Assembly: GCA_017610205.1 (NCBI GenBank)
Contig: JAFCCL010000016.1
Span: 1-14,857, forward strand
Direction of reading: 5' to 3'
Origin: Candidatus Iainarchaeum sp.
Lineage (GTDB): Archaea > Iainarchaeota > Iainarchaeia > Iainarchaeales > GCA-2688035
Length of the DNA stretch: 14,857 bases
A program made the position numbers and the translations under genes. Positions 1-7,926 of this stretch are shown here, piece by piece (the stretch's first letter is position 1; each line of letters starts with the position of its first letter). The notes under the pieces were generated by a model, which saw only the letters and a program-made list of their open reading frames with translations, was not told where the DNA came from and ran no database searches.

Positions 1-249
1 GTCGCTAAGGTCGATAGCACTAACCTCAATTTTTCCACCAGTCACATTCTGCAAAACAAGCTCGGCACTATTCCCAGAAGCCGAGCTTCCTTTTAGCATG
101 ATTTTTGAAGGGTCTGAGCTTGAAAAACTGGCTGTAGTAGAAGTTGGGTTTATGACAAAAACAAGCACTCCAACAACACTGGCAATTATTACCAGTGCCC
201 AACCATAGGTCATTAAGTATTCTAATCCAGATTGTGCTTTTTGGTTCAT
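1..249 (-). CDS. Archaeal type IV pilin-like protein with class III signal peptide (3' end runs off the window)
   Basis: Not in the ORF track. Manual translation from ATG at 249 gives MNQKAQSGLEYLMTYGWALVIIASVVGVLVFVINPTSTTASFSSSDPSKIMLKGSSASGNSAELVLQNVTGGKIEVSAIDLSD..., open to position 1. It has a short basic leader, a KA|Q cleavage site, Gln+1/Glu+5 and a hydrophobic helix, and lies directly downstream of the Tad-like genes on the same strand. Confidence 0.9.
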   Translation of the reverse strand, partial: MNQKAQSGLEYLMTYGWALVIIASVVGVLVFVINPTSTTASFSSSDPSKIMLKGSSASGNSAELVLQNVTGGKIEVSAIDLSD

Positions 250-302
250 TTGTTTCAATTAGCTTTAAACTCTTATTTATTGTTTTGCTTTGATTTTTTT
301 TA

Positions 303-1226
303 TTAAAGCCCGCTTGCAACAAAGTAGGTGAAAAGAGAGCAGGGGAGGAGAATTGCTGCGTACAATACTGCCTTTTTGCTGTTGCCCTCCTGGTTTGCAA
401 TAAAAAAAGAGGCAATAATTGCGTATTCCGCGATATAAATCTTGTTTGCAAGAAGCACTGCTTCCAAAGCAGCCTGCCTTGCTCCTTCGCCCTGTCCAAT
501 TCCAAGCAATGAAAATGCCTCTAAATCAAAGCCGCTTACAAGTCCTGCAATAAGGCCAAGGACTGCCGGAACAATAAGGCCCCCTGCAAACAGCAAAGTG
601 TATTTTTCAATTACAAGCGAGGCATTTCTCTCCAAAAGAATTGCGTTTGTTTCAAGAATATCTGAAGCTGCTTCCCTAAATACTTTTCCCATGTCTGCAC
701 CTGTTTCATAGCCCTGTAAAAGCAATGCAACAGCTCTTGAAATTATCTGGCTTTTGTTTCTTTTGGCAAGCTCTTCAAGTGCCCTTTTTACGCTTGAGCC
801 CTTTTCAATTCCTGCAATTGCAGTTTCAAATTCTTTTGACAAAAGGCCAAAGTCCTGTTTTGAAATATATGAAAGAATTTTTGTTATCTCTGTTCCTTTT
901 GGAAAAATGCTTGCCTGCAGCAAGGCGTCTGGAACAAGCAATTCTTTTTTTCTCTTCCTCCATTCGAAAATGTATTGTTGAATGAAGTAGTTGAACATTG
1001 CTGGGGCGAGAAAACATCCAACAGCAACAATTGTTATGTAGAAGATTTGCATGTTTGTTGTGTAGCTTATAGCTATTGATGCAATGCTTAATGCAAATCC
1101 TGCAATCACTGCCTGTTTTGCAAAACCTTGCCAGCTGCTGTTGTTCATTTCAAGGGTTTCGCCAAAGCTGTTTAATGAATTGCTGCTGAAGAAGTATGAA
1201 AGCAGGTTGTTTACGTTTTTTTCCAT
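303..1226 (-). CDS. Type II secretion system F family (TadC-like) pilus platform membrane protein
   Basis: 307 aa with two N-terminal TM helices, a T2SSF-like helical segment ([64 protein letters not shown]) and C-terminal TM helices. AGGAGG at 1236-1241 (minus strand) lies just upstream of the ATG. It is in an operon with a secretion ATPase. Confidence 0.85.
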   Translation of the reverse strand: MEKNVNNLLSYFFSSNSLNSFGETLEMNNSSWQGFAKQAVIAGFALSIASIAISYTTNMQIFYITIVAVGCFLAPAMFNYFIQQYIFEWRKRKKELLVPDALLQASIFPKGTEITKILSYISKQDFGLLSKEFETAIAGIEKGSSVKRALEELAKRNKSQIISRAVALLLQGYETGADMGKVFREAASDILETNAILLERNASLVIEKYTLLFAGGLIVPAVLGLIAGLVSGFDLEAFSLLGIGQGEGARQAALEAVLLANKIYIAEYAIIASFFIANQEGNSKKAVLYAAILLPCSLFTYFVASGL

Positions 1227-1229
1227 TTT

Positions 1230-1277
1230 TTATTGCCTCCTTAGAAAAGCAAGTTGGTTGTTGGAATGTTTTTCCAT
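1230..1277 (-). other. 15-codon mini-ORF (MEKHSNNQLAFLRRQ*) arising from duplication of the gene junction
   Basis: ATG at 1277 and TAA at 1232-1230. The start resembles the downstream gene start (MEKNVNN) and the end resembles the upstream gene end (VFLRGQ*). Translation is not demonstrated. Confidence 0.45.
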
Positions 1278-1279
1278 TT

Positions 1280-2038
1280 TTATTGCCCTCTGAGAAAAAC
1301 AGGTGTTTTGCCTTTTATGTAAAAGAGTACTGCAAGATCCAGTATTGGAAAGCCAACTGCAATTATCAGGAAAAGCTGGCTTGCTGTAAAATTCATGTGC
1401 AGTATTGCTGAGCCAACTATTGAAAAGCTTTGGAATAATGCCGGTACAATTGCTGAAACTGCTATAAATAAGAGGCTTAGCACTACGAGTTTTCCTGAGA
1501 ACAGTTTGCTTTCAACTTTTTGCCTTGTTAGAATTTCTAAGGCAATTTTTTTAACCGGCTCTTCGCTTCCTTTGCTTCCTTGTTCAAATGCTGCTGCAAG
1601 CTGTATTGCTGCTCTTTTTACAAGCCTGCTTTCAATTCTTTCTGAAAAATGTCTTAGTGCATCCTGCATGCTTGCGCCTTGTTCTTTTACTTCTTTTGCC
1701 ACTATGTTGAATTCGATTGCACTGCAATTGCTTGCTTTTGATGCGTGCTCTATTGTTTTTAGGAAGGGCACTCCCAATTCCAGTTCTATTGCAATGTTCA
1801 TTAAGGTAAATGGAATGCTTGCCTCTACAAGTCCTGCGTATTGTTTTCTTTTCATTTTTGGGTAATAATGCAGGGCTGCAAATGCCGGAAAAAAGCAGGC
1901 AATTGCAAGAGTTGCTCCCAACAGCATATTGTTCAAGTAAAGGCCTAGGGCAAGCCAGCATGCTATTGAAAAAACAATTGCCTGCCTTGCGTAATTTCTT
2001 GTTTTTGTATCAATTTTTGTAATTGAATTAAATTTCAA
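1280..2038 (-). CDS. Type II secretion system F family (TadB-like) membrane protein
   Basis: 252 aa with two N-terminal TMs, a T2SSF-like segment (IPFTLMNIAIELELGVPFLKTIE...EFNIVAKEVKEQGASMQDALRHFSERIESRLVKRA) and C-terminal TMs. It lies between the ATPase and the second F-family gene. The TTG start is uncertain. Confidence 0.85.
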   Translation of the reverse strand: MKFNSITKIDTKTRNYARQAIVFSIACWLALGLYLNNMLLGATLAIACFFPAFAALHYYPKMKRKQYAGLVEASIPFTLMNIAIELELGVPFLKTIEHASKASNCSAIEFNIVAKEVKEQGASMQDALRHFSERIESRLVKRAAIQLAAAFEQGSKGSEEPVKKIALEILTRQKVESKLFSGKLVVLSLLFIAVSAIVPALFQSFSIVGSAILHMNFTASQLFLIIAVGFPILDLAVLFYIKGKTPVFLRGQ

Positions 2039-2105
2039 AATTTGTTCGCCTTTTCATTTTTTTTTCATTGTTCTTTTTTTCCATTTTTTTCCAATTGTTT
2101 GTTGT

Positions 2106-3614
2106 TCAAATTTTGTTCACTTTTTCAAAAAATTCTTTCATTTTAATTTTGCTGCATTGCATTCCTGCAAGAATTCCTGCTCTGCGTTCAATTTCTTTTT
2201 CAAATCCTTTTCTGCCAAAGCAAAATCCCTGTTTTGCCTTTTCAAATACCTTTACACTCTTGCCTTTTCTTACAAGTTTTCTCTTATCATAATCAAATTT
2301 AAACAAGGTATTGCATTCAACTTTCCTGTTTTTTTCACATAGTTCGGCAACCTCTACAATGTGCCTTACTTCTCTGTTGCCTTTTTGGTCAATTGAATCC
2401 TTTTTTTCCATAACATTCCATCTTCTTTGTACAAGTACCAGGTCTATTGCTGCAAGGTCTATTTCAAGCACTCCAAGTGACCGCATTCTGTTTAAGGTTT
2501 CTTTAATGCTTTGTCCGTGGAATGTTGCATAAGAGCCTTTGCCTTGTCCTGCAAGCAGTGTGTCAATAAAGGCTGAAACTTCTTCCCTGCTTCTTACTTC
2601 TCCTATGATTATTCTGTCAGGTCTCATTCTGAGGCTTTCAACAATGAGGTTTTGCATTCCGACAGATTGTTCTTTTACTACGTTGAGTTTTACAAAATGT
2701 TTGTGCTGCACTCTTATTTCTGGAGTTTCTTCTACAACAATAATTCTTTCATTTTTTGGAACAAATGAAAGCAATGCATTCAAACTGCTTGTTTTTCCTG
2801 AACCTGTGTTGCCTGCAATTAGGATAGAGCAATCGCATTGCATTGCAATCCACAAAAATGCCATTAGTTCGTGTGAAAATGTTTTGTTTTCCAAAAGTTG
2901 TGTTGGTGTAAATGGCTCTTGTCTGAATTTTCTTATTGTAAGGCTTGGCCCTGAAAAAGAAACCGGGCTTAGGACTGCGCTAAGTCTGTTGCCATCTGGG
3001 AGTGTGGCATTTAGCACAGGGCTGTTCATTGAAAGCCGTCTTCCAACAGGTCTTGCCATTTTGTTTACTATGTCTGTTACTGCCTGCCTGTTGTTAAAAA
3101 ATACATTGCTTGCCATCCAACCGTGTCTTGTGTGAAAAATGTACAATGGCTTGCTTTTTCCTGTTCCAACAACTGCAATCTCTTCAATTTCTTCATCTTT
3201 TAAGAAGAAATCAAATGGCCCAAAGCCAAAAAGATTGCTTTCAAGGGCAAGAAAAAGATATGTTGCTTGTTTTTTTTCAAGCAAAATAAGGTTTTGTGTG
3301 CAGTATTTTTTGAAAAATTTTTTCAAATCTTTTTTTCCTGCTTTTCCTTCCTTTTTCTGGAAAAGCCTTGCAACAGATGCCAAAAGAACTTCTTCCTCTG
3401 CAGTAAATTTGGGAAATTCGTTAATACAATACCTTTTTTCATTGCCTTGCAACTGGCTTTGCACTGGAAGGATATTCCAGCCAATCCCTTCCTCGTTCTC
3501 TTCGTTGTCTTCCTCGTCTTCTTCGCATTTTCTTTTCAATTCTATTTGTTTACGTTTGTCTTCCTCGTCTTCTTTGCTTTTTCTTTCTTCAGCAAAATCG
3601 GTTTCCAAAGACAT
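2106..3614 (-). CDS. Type II/IV secretion system ATPase (CpaF/TadA/VirB11 family)
   Basis: Walker A GNTGSGKTS, Asp box VVEETPEI, Walker B LRMRPDRIIIGEVR, His box ATFHG, plus LPDGNRL...LTIRKF. Start placed at ATG 3614 (MSLETD) rather than TTG 3656, because a TATA-like element abuts 3656 and GGAAGTG precedes 3614. Confidence 0.93.
   Translation of the reverse strand: MSLETDFAEERKSKEDEEDKRKQIELKRKCEEDEEDNEENEEGIGWNILPVQSQLQGNEKRYCINEFPKFTAEEEVLLASVARLFQKKEGKAGKKDLKKFFKKYCTQNLILLEKKQATYLFLALESNLFGFGPFDFFLKDEEIEEIAVVGTGKSKPLYIFHTRHGWMASNVFFNNRQAVTDIVNKMARPVGRRLSMNSPVLNATLPDGNRLSAVLSPVSFSGPSLTIRKFRQEPFTPTQLLENKTFSHELMAFLWIAMQCDCSILIAGNTGSGKTSSLNALLSFVPKNERIIVVEETPEIRVQHKHFVKLNVVKEQSVGMQNLIVESLRMRPDRIIIGEVRSREEVSAFIDTLLAGQGKGSYATFHGQSIKETLNRMRSLGVLEIDLAAIDLVLVQRRWNVMEKKDSIDQKGNREVRHIVEVAELCEKNRKVECNTLFKFDYDKRKLVRKGKSVKVFEKAKQGFCFGRKGFEKEIERRAGILAGMQCSKIKMKEFFEKVNKI
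3505..3586. repeat. In-frame 51-nt-spaced duplication in the acidic N-terminus of the ATPase
   Basis: TTGTCTTCCTCGTCTTCTT occurs at 3505 and 3556, encoding RKCEEDEEDN and RKSKEDEEDK. Confidence 0.75.
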
Positions 3615-3656
3615 TTTTCTTTTACACTTCCAATGAAGGAAATGCCTTGGTTGCAA

Positions 3657-3670
3657 TTTAAACCTTTTGC
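3657..3670 (-). promoter_or_regulatory. Putative BRE/TATA promoter of the pilus operon
   Basis: Minus strand GCAAAAGG-TTTAAA about 45 nt upstream of ATG 3614, with the same architecture as the element at 7564-7580. Confidence 0.55.
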
Positions 3671-3750
3671 AGTTTTCGACAATTAACTAAGGGTCTTGTA
3701 ATGCTGGTGCTTGGTTTTTTTGCTTACTTGCTGGCTAAGCCTGTGTTAAT

Positions 3751-3780
3751 TAAAAAAAAGAAAAAGGGTTGGGAAAAAGG
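3751..3780 (-). terminator. Putative archaeal oligo-U terminator
   Basis: The minus strand immediately after the stop at 3783 is a pyrimidine tract with T runs of 5, 5 and 8. Confidence 0.55.
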
Positions 3781-3782
3781 CG

Positions 3783-6700
3783 TTACTTGCCTTTTCCCTT
3801 TGTTTTCATGTAATATGCTGCTGCACCAATTACTACCAGGATTATTATTATTATTGCAACTATTGGCAGTGTATAATCTACTGGTGGCTCTGGAGGTATT
3901 GGTGGTTCAGGTGGTGTAGTTGCTTTTTCAACACATGCGCCTGACTGGCACCATTTGTTGTCACCACAGCTTATTCCATCCTCGTAGTATTCGTAGTCGC
4001 ATATTCCTGTTGCAGGATTGCATTCGCCTGTTGCACAGATTTGTATTTCGCATGTTACTCCATCGCAAGGGGCTACCTCTGTGTATGCTGTTACCATTCC
4101 TAGTGGAAGCAGTCTTGCTGTAACATCGGAAATGCTTTTGTCTGTTGTGTACCTGATTTCCGCTGTTCCGCCAACCTGTATTTCTGGGATGATGAATTCA
4201 ATTATTGGGTCTGCTTTTAGTACTGTCATTGAATATTCGCTGTTTATTTGTGAAGCGTTTGATGCAATTCCTTTTGGAATTTCTGCAATTACTTTTACAT
4301 TTCTCCACTTTTTGTCTGAGGTATTATGCACCTTTATTGAAATCCAGGTTTGGTATGTTGAGCCTGTTTCGGTTGTTATTTTGTCAACTGCAACTGTCTG
4401 GTCTATTGCCGTATTCTCTGCAACTATTGTTGCTGTTGCAATTTCTTCTGTTGTGAATCCTGCTTCTTCAAGCGTGCTTGTTATGTCTTCTACTGCCGGG
4501 GTTCCCTGAATTTCCACTATCAAAATTGTTTCAGTTCCTTCAACTGGTGCTGGTGGAAGTCCTGGGCCAGTTGGACTGCCACCTCCTGGGATAACATTGC
4601 CGCTTGTTGGAGGTTTTAGTGTTACTGTGATTGTACTGTTTATATCACTGATGTTTCCTGCATAATCAAGGCATCCGCCTGTCCATATTTGTGTTTCTTC
4701 CTTTGATGAACTTGCACGTAGTGTAATTGTATCAGTGGCATTAGTGGTCCATTCACTTGCTGTGTTTTGTTTGAACAGGTATCCTTCTATATTTGAGGCA
4801 ACATTGTCGTCACAGTAGAGAGTTAAATTATAGCTACTGCTTTTTACTGTTGTAGCCGAATTCCCATAGTTTGTTCCGAATCTTGCTCTTGGAACATTGC
4901 TGTCGTTTACTGTAAAATTCAGCGTGCTACTGTTTATGTCCCATAATTCGTTTACATCAACTGTTTCTGCAAACCATTTATTTCCGTTTCCTTTTCCCAT
5001 TCCGAATGTTTTTTTTGTAGTGTTTAGTATGCGAACATCGAGGTAGTATTTCCCTTCCTGTACAAAGTTGGTATCAAATTGTGCATTGCAATTGTAGTCC
5101 AGCCATGGATCGCTGCGAGGCGGTTCTGTGCATTCTATTTTCATTGGAGCTGCTTCGCCTGGAAGTACAGCTGCCCAGAGGCCATTGTCTTGTAGTTCAA
5201 AATTTTGGTCCCATTGGTTTGTGTCCTTTCCTTGTCCTGAACCATATGCTATATTAAGGTCGTTTGTCAGTCCTCCTTGATACTCACTCAAGAAAAAGTG
5301 GATATTGTAGTCTGCCAGCGTGAAATTATTGTCTACGTTTGTATCAGGCAGATATATGTTGAAATCTATTACATAGTTTATGTCAAGACTTGCTGGGCCA
5401 TATTTATTTGCCAAAGTATATCCCTGTATCTGGAAATGATCTGCGGCGTTCAAGTTTGTGTCTGTTATTTCAATCAATGGAGGATTGAAGAAGACGTTTG
5501 CGTCACTTGAATCAAGAACAGACTGGTTTATGTCAGTTCTTTGAACTGTAAGATTGACATCAACTAAAAACTCTCCTGTTACGAAATTCAAATCATTTCT
5601 TGTCATGTCATAGACACAGGTTATCCAATCTGTTCTTGCCATATTCAAGTCATCATCCACTGTGCTTTCAAAGTAGCCGAATGTATCCCATTCATTGCAC
5701 CTTATTCCATTGGTGTCAAACAGGTTTGTATCATTGATAATCAAGCCTGTTCCTGCGCCTGAAACTGTTGAAAAGTACAGTTCGGCAACCATTGGTATTG
5801 CACCTGCTGCTGCAATATTGTTGTCCATTGTGTTCAGGTCTTTGAATTTGAAGCTTATTGTGTAATTTGAGTCGGAACCATTTCTTGGCTTTCTTATTTT
5901 TTCTCCGCCGTTAGGTGCCAGCATTTGGATTGTCAGCGGGCTTGCTTCATAGTTTGAAAATTCTGTTACTTTAAAAGAAAGATTTCCGTCGCCTACATCG
6001 CTGTTATAATCCCACGTAGTAGAGTTTTCTGAAAGCGTTGTTCCGTCAAGGTTTGTGCATATGCTTGAACTGCATGGCTGTCCGTCTTTGAGAACAAATG
6101 GAATCCATGCCTTTTCCATTTTTACATTGTACATAAATATGTTTGCGTCTTCTCTTGCAAATTCAGGCAGGTTTGTGGAATTTATGCTTACATAACCTGA
6201 CCTTCCGTTCATGTCTGTTGAATAATCTGCAACAGGTGTTTCCTTAAGGTTTACACCTGTATTGAACTTTACTTCAATTTCCCTTGTTCCAATATCATCA
6301 ATAGCTGTTCCCATTCTTACAATTAAGTTGCTGACTGCGTTGAAGTCTGTGAAAAGGCGGCTGAACATTGCTGTGTTAAGGTCGTATGTGTTATTGCTGA
6401 TTGTAACTGTTACATTCATGTCTACAGGCGCTGTTGTGATTTTTGGTGCTATGACAAAGACTGCATTCACATCTTTGTTTACTGATGAATATGCCCTTAA
6501 TGTATTTAGGTCTGACCTTCCAATAGTGCTTCCTGCTGAGTTGCTTACATATGGAATGGTGAGGTTTACGTCAAATTCACCGTTTTCGTCTGCCCAAATT
6601 TTGATTCCGTTCCAATCGCCTGCTAAAACATTCACATCTGCAGCGTCAATTACCATACTATTTGTGTCCAAGTCTGTACTTGCCCTATGAAATACCCCAA

Positions 6701-7487
6701 GTAATGGAACCGACTTTCCTCCAAAAGCGTAAGACTTTGAGAAATTCATATCGTTTTGGTATTTCAAAAATGCTGAGCTAAGCCTCTCACCGTTTGCATC
6801 GTAAATGCTTATTTGCACGTTGTTATCTGAATTATCACGTCCTGATGCAAACCCAAATCCAAAAATTGTAATGTTTTGGTCAATTGCTGCCACTATATTA
6901 CTGGTATTTGGAGTGTATACAAGTATCGCCGGTCCAATGATAAAGTTTCCGTCTGCAACTTTTGCTGCACCACATTTTGAAGCGTTATTTCCATTATTTA
7001 TAAGTGGCCATATTTCCACCATGACTTCGTGCCCAACAAGGTGGTTTATTTGACCTGTTGATGGAACTGTAACAGATACATTAAAAGTGTTCAAATCATT
7101 CCCTACTCCGGCTATAAAAGATAAAACATTCACATCTCCTGCACTGGCACAAGGGCCTTCTCCGCTTAAATTTCTTGTGACAACATTTGCATCAATTACT
7201 CCATCTGAATTGAAACTTGCAGTTGAACCCTGTGAGGTTGATGCTAACACTTTTACATTCAAATCCACATAAATTCCACCATAGTTTAGTGCAATAAGGT
7301 AATTGAAATCACTGTTTATATCTGTGGCAAATGCTTCTGGTAATAAAACATTAAAGTCTTCTCCTTTGTTTGCATGCCTTGAATTGTTTACGTCCCAAGC
7401 ATTCAAATCTTGAAAAATTGCGTTTGCGCTTGACATTATAAATATTAAAAGTGTCGAGAGCACTAAGAGTTTCATTAATTTATTCAT
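3783..7487 (-). CDS. Large secreted, C-terminally membrane-anchored surface (S-layer-like) protein
   Basis: 1234 aa. Sec signal peptide (MNKLMKLLVLSTLLIFIMSSANA), about 950 aa of beta-rich D/N/T/S-rich body with Ig-like hallmarks (LAPNGGE, CLDYAGN), a Pro/Gly linker and a further globular domain. These are followed by an 8-Cys module (CDGVTC...CQSGAC), a Pro-rich stalk, a TM helix (IVAIIIIILVVIGAAAYY) and a basic tail. The gene has a strong SD and its own promoter. The S-layer role is inference. Confidence 0.85.
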   Translation of the reverse strand: MNKLMKLLVLSTLLIFIMSSANAIFQDLNAWDVNNSRHANKGEDFNVLLPEAFATDINSDFNYLIALNYGGIYVDLNVKVLASTSQGSTASFNSDGVIDANVVTRNLSGEGPCASAGDVNVLSFIAGVGNDLNTFNVSVTVPSTGQINHLVGHEVMVEIWPLINNGNNASKCGAAKVADGNFIIGPAILVYTPNTSNIVAAIDQNITIFGFGFASGRDNSDNNVQISIYDANGERLSSAFLKYQNDMNFSKSYAFGGKSVPLLGVFHRASTDLDTNSMVIDAADVNVLAGDWNGIKIWADENGEFDVNLTIPYVSNSAGSTIGRSDLNTLRAYSSVNKDVNAVFVIAPKITTAPVDMNVTVTISNNTYDLNTAMFSRLFTDFNAVSNLIVRMGTAIDDIGTREIEVKFNTGVNLKETPVADYSTDMNGRSGYVSINSTNLPEFAREDANIFMYNVKMEKAWIPFVLKDGQPCSSSICTNLDGTTLSENSTTWDYNSDVGDGNLSFKVTEFSNYEASPLTIQMLAPNGGEKIRKPRNGSDSNYTISFKFKDLNTMDNNIAAAGAIPMVAELYFSTVSGAGTGLIINDTNLFDTNGIRCNEWDTFGYFESTVDDDLNMARTDWITCVYDMTRNDLNFVTGEFLVDVNLTVQRTDINQSVLDSSDANVFFNPPLIEITDTNLNAADHFQIQGYTLANKYGPASLDINYVIDFNIYLPDTNVDNNFTLADYNIHFFLSEYQGGLTNDLNIAYGSGQGKDTNQWDQNFELQDNGLWAAVLPGEAAPMKIECTEPPRSDPWLDYNCNAQFDTNFVQEGKYYLDVRILNTTKKTFGMGKGNGNKWFAETVDVNELWDINSSTLNFTVNDSNVPRARFGTNYGNSATTVKSSSYNLTLYCDDNVASNIEGYLFKQNTASEWTTNATDTITLRASSSKEETQIWTGGCLDYAGNISDINSTITVTLKPPTSGNVIPGGGSPTGPGLPPAPVEGTETILIVEIQGTPAVEDITSTLEEAGFTTEEIATATIVAENTAIDQTVAVDKITTETGSTYQTWISIKVHNTSDKKWRNVKVIAEIPKGIASNASQINSEYSMTVLKADPIIEFIIPEIQVGGTAEIRYTTDKSISDVTARLLPLGMVTAYTEVAPCDGVTCEIQICATGECNPATGICDYEYYEDGISCGDNKWCQSGACVEKATTPPEPPIPPEPPVDYTLPIVAIIIIILVVIGAAAYYMKTKGKGK

Positions 7488-7497
7488 AATTTATCCT

Positions 7498-7504
7498 ACC
7501 TCCT
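7498..7504 (-). promoter_or_regulatory. Shine-Dalgarno site of the surface protein gene
   Basis: AGGAGGT 10 nt upstream of ATG 7487. Confidence 0.8.
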
Positions 7505-7563
7505 ACAGTGGAATTTGAACGTTTACCCCCCAAAGGGAACTGGTAATACAAACATCATTCTAA

Positions 7564-7580
7564 TATATAAAGGTTTTTGC
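7564..7580 (-). promoter_or_regulatory. BRE/TATA promoter of the surface protein gene
   Basis: Minus strand GCAAAAACC-TTTATATA, matching the archaeal BRE plus TATA consensus, about 77 nt upstream of the ATG. Confidence 0.7.
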
Positions 7581-7599
7581 TTTGCATTTTTAAAAATGT

Positions 7600-7755
7600 T
7601 CCCAATTTTTTGTAAAATTCTGGAAATTGAATTTTAATAGAATTTTTTGTTTTTCCAATTTTTTTTTTTGAAATTTTTATATTTTTTTTTTGTTTTTTTT
7701 CCTTTTTTTTTTATTTTATTTTTTTTTGATTGTGTTGGTTTGTGGTTTTTTTTTA
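7600..7755. repeat. Low-complexity poly-T-rich spacer between divergent promoters
   Basis: Multiple T runs of 8-12 nt and very few C on the + strand. Confidence 0.8.
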
Positions 7756-7756
7756 C

Positions 7757-7770
7757 CAAAACCTTTAATA
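7757..7770 (+). promoter_or_regulatory. Putative BRE/TATA promoter for the P-type ATPase
   Basis: CAAAACC-TTTAATA, nearly the same as the opposite-facing CAAAAACC-TTTATATA at 7564-7579. Confidence 0.55.
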
Positions 7771-7809
7771 GTCGGGTGTTCTTTCTTATTTTTATTTCTT
7801 TAATATAGG

Positions 7810-7875
7810 GAAGTGTAATATATAAGAGTGTAATATAATAGAGTTCGGGTAGAAGTGTAATATATAAGAGTGTAA
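7810..7875 (+). repeat. Perfect 24-nt direct repeat (x2) containing four AGTGTAA units
   Basis: GAAGTGTAATATATAAGAGTGTAA at 7810-7833 and 7852-7875 (42-nt period). Confidence 0.9.
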
Positions 7876-7926
7876 ATATATATTAGAATGCAGGCAGGAT
7901 AGTTGAATTATATTGGAGTTGAATTA

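Noticed and set aside
68-505. 145-aa minus-strand ORF in the track
   Set aside because: It overlaps the TadC-like gene and the pilin in other frames and has no recognisable motif. The pilin frame explains 1-249 far better.
3621-3632. GGAAGTGTAA upstream of the pilus ATPase, matching the start of the 7810 repeat
   Set aside because: Only about 10 nt and positioned like a ribosome-binding site, so probably coincidental.
442-7272. Numerous plus-strand ORFs opposite the pilus and surface genes
   Set aside because: Antisense shadows of well-supported genes, without motifs of their own.
7503-7540. TACAGTGGAATT resembling an archaeal ORB core, near a T-rich tract and a skew flip
   Set aside because: A single imperfect match that overlaps the SD/5' UTR of the surface gene, with no inverted partner and no orc1/cdc6 in the window. 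Not enough to call an origin.
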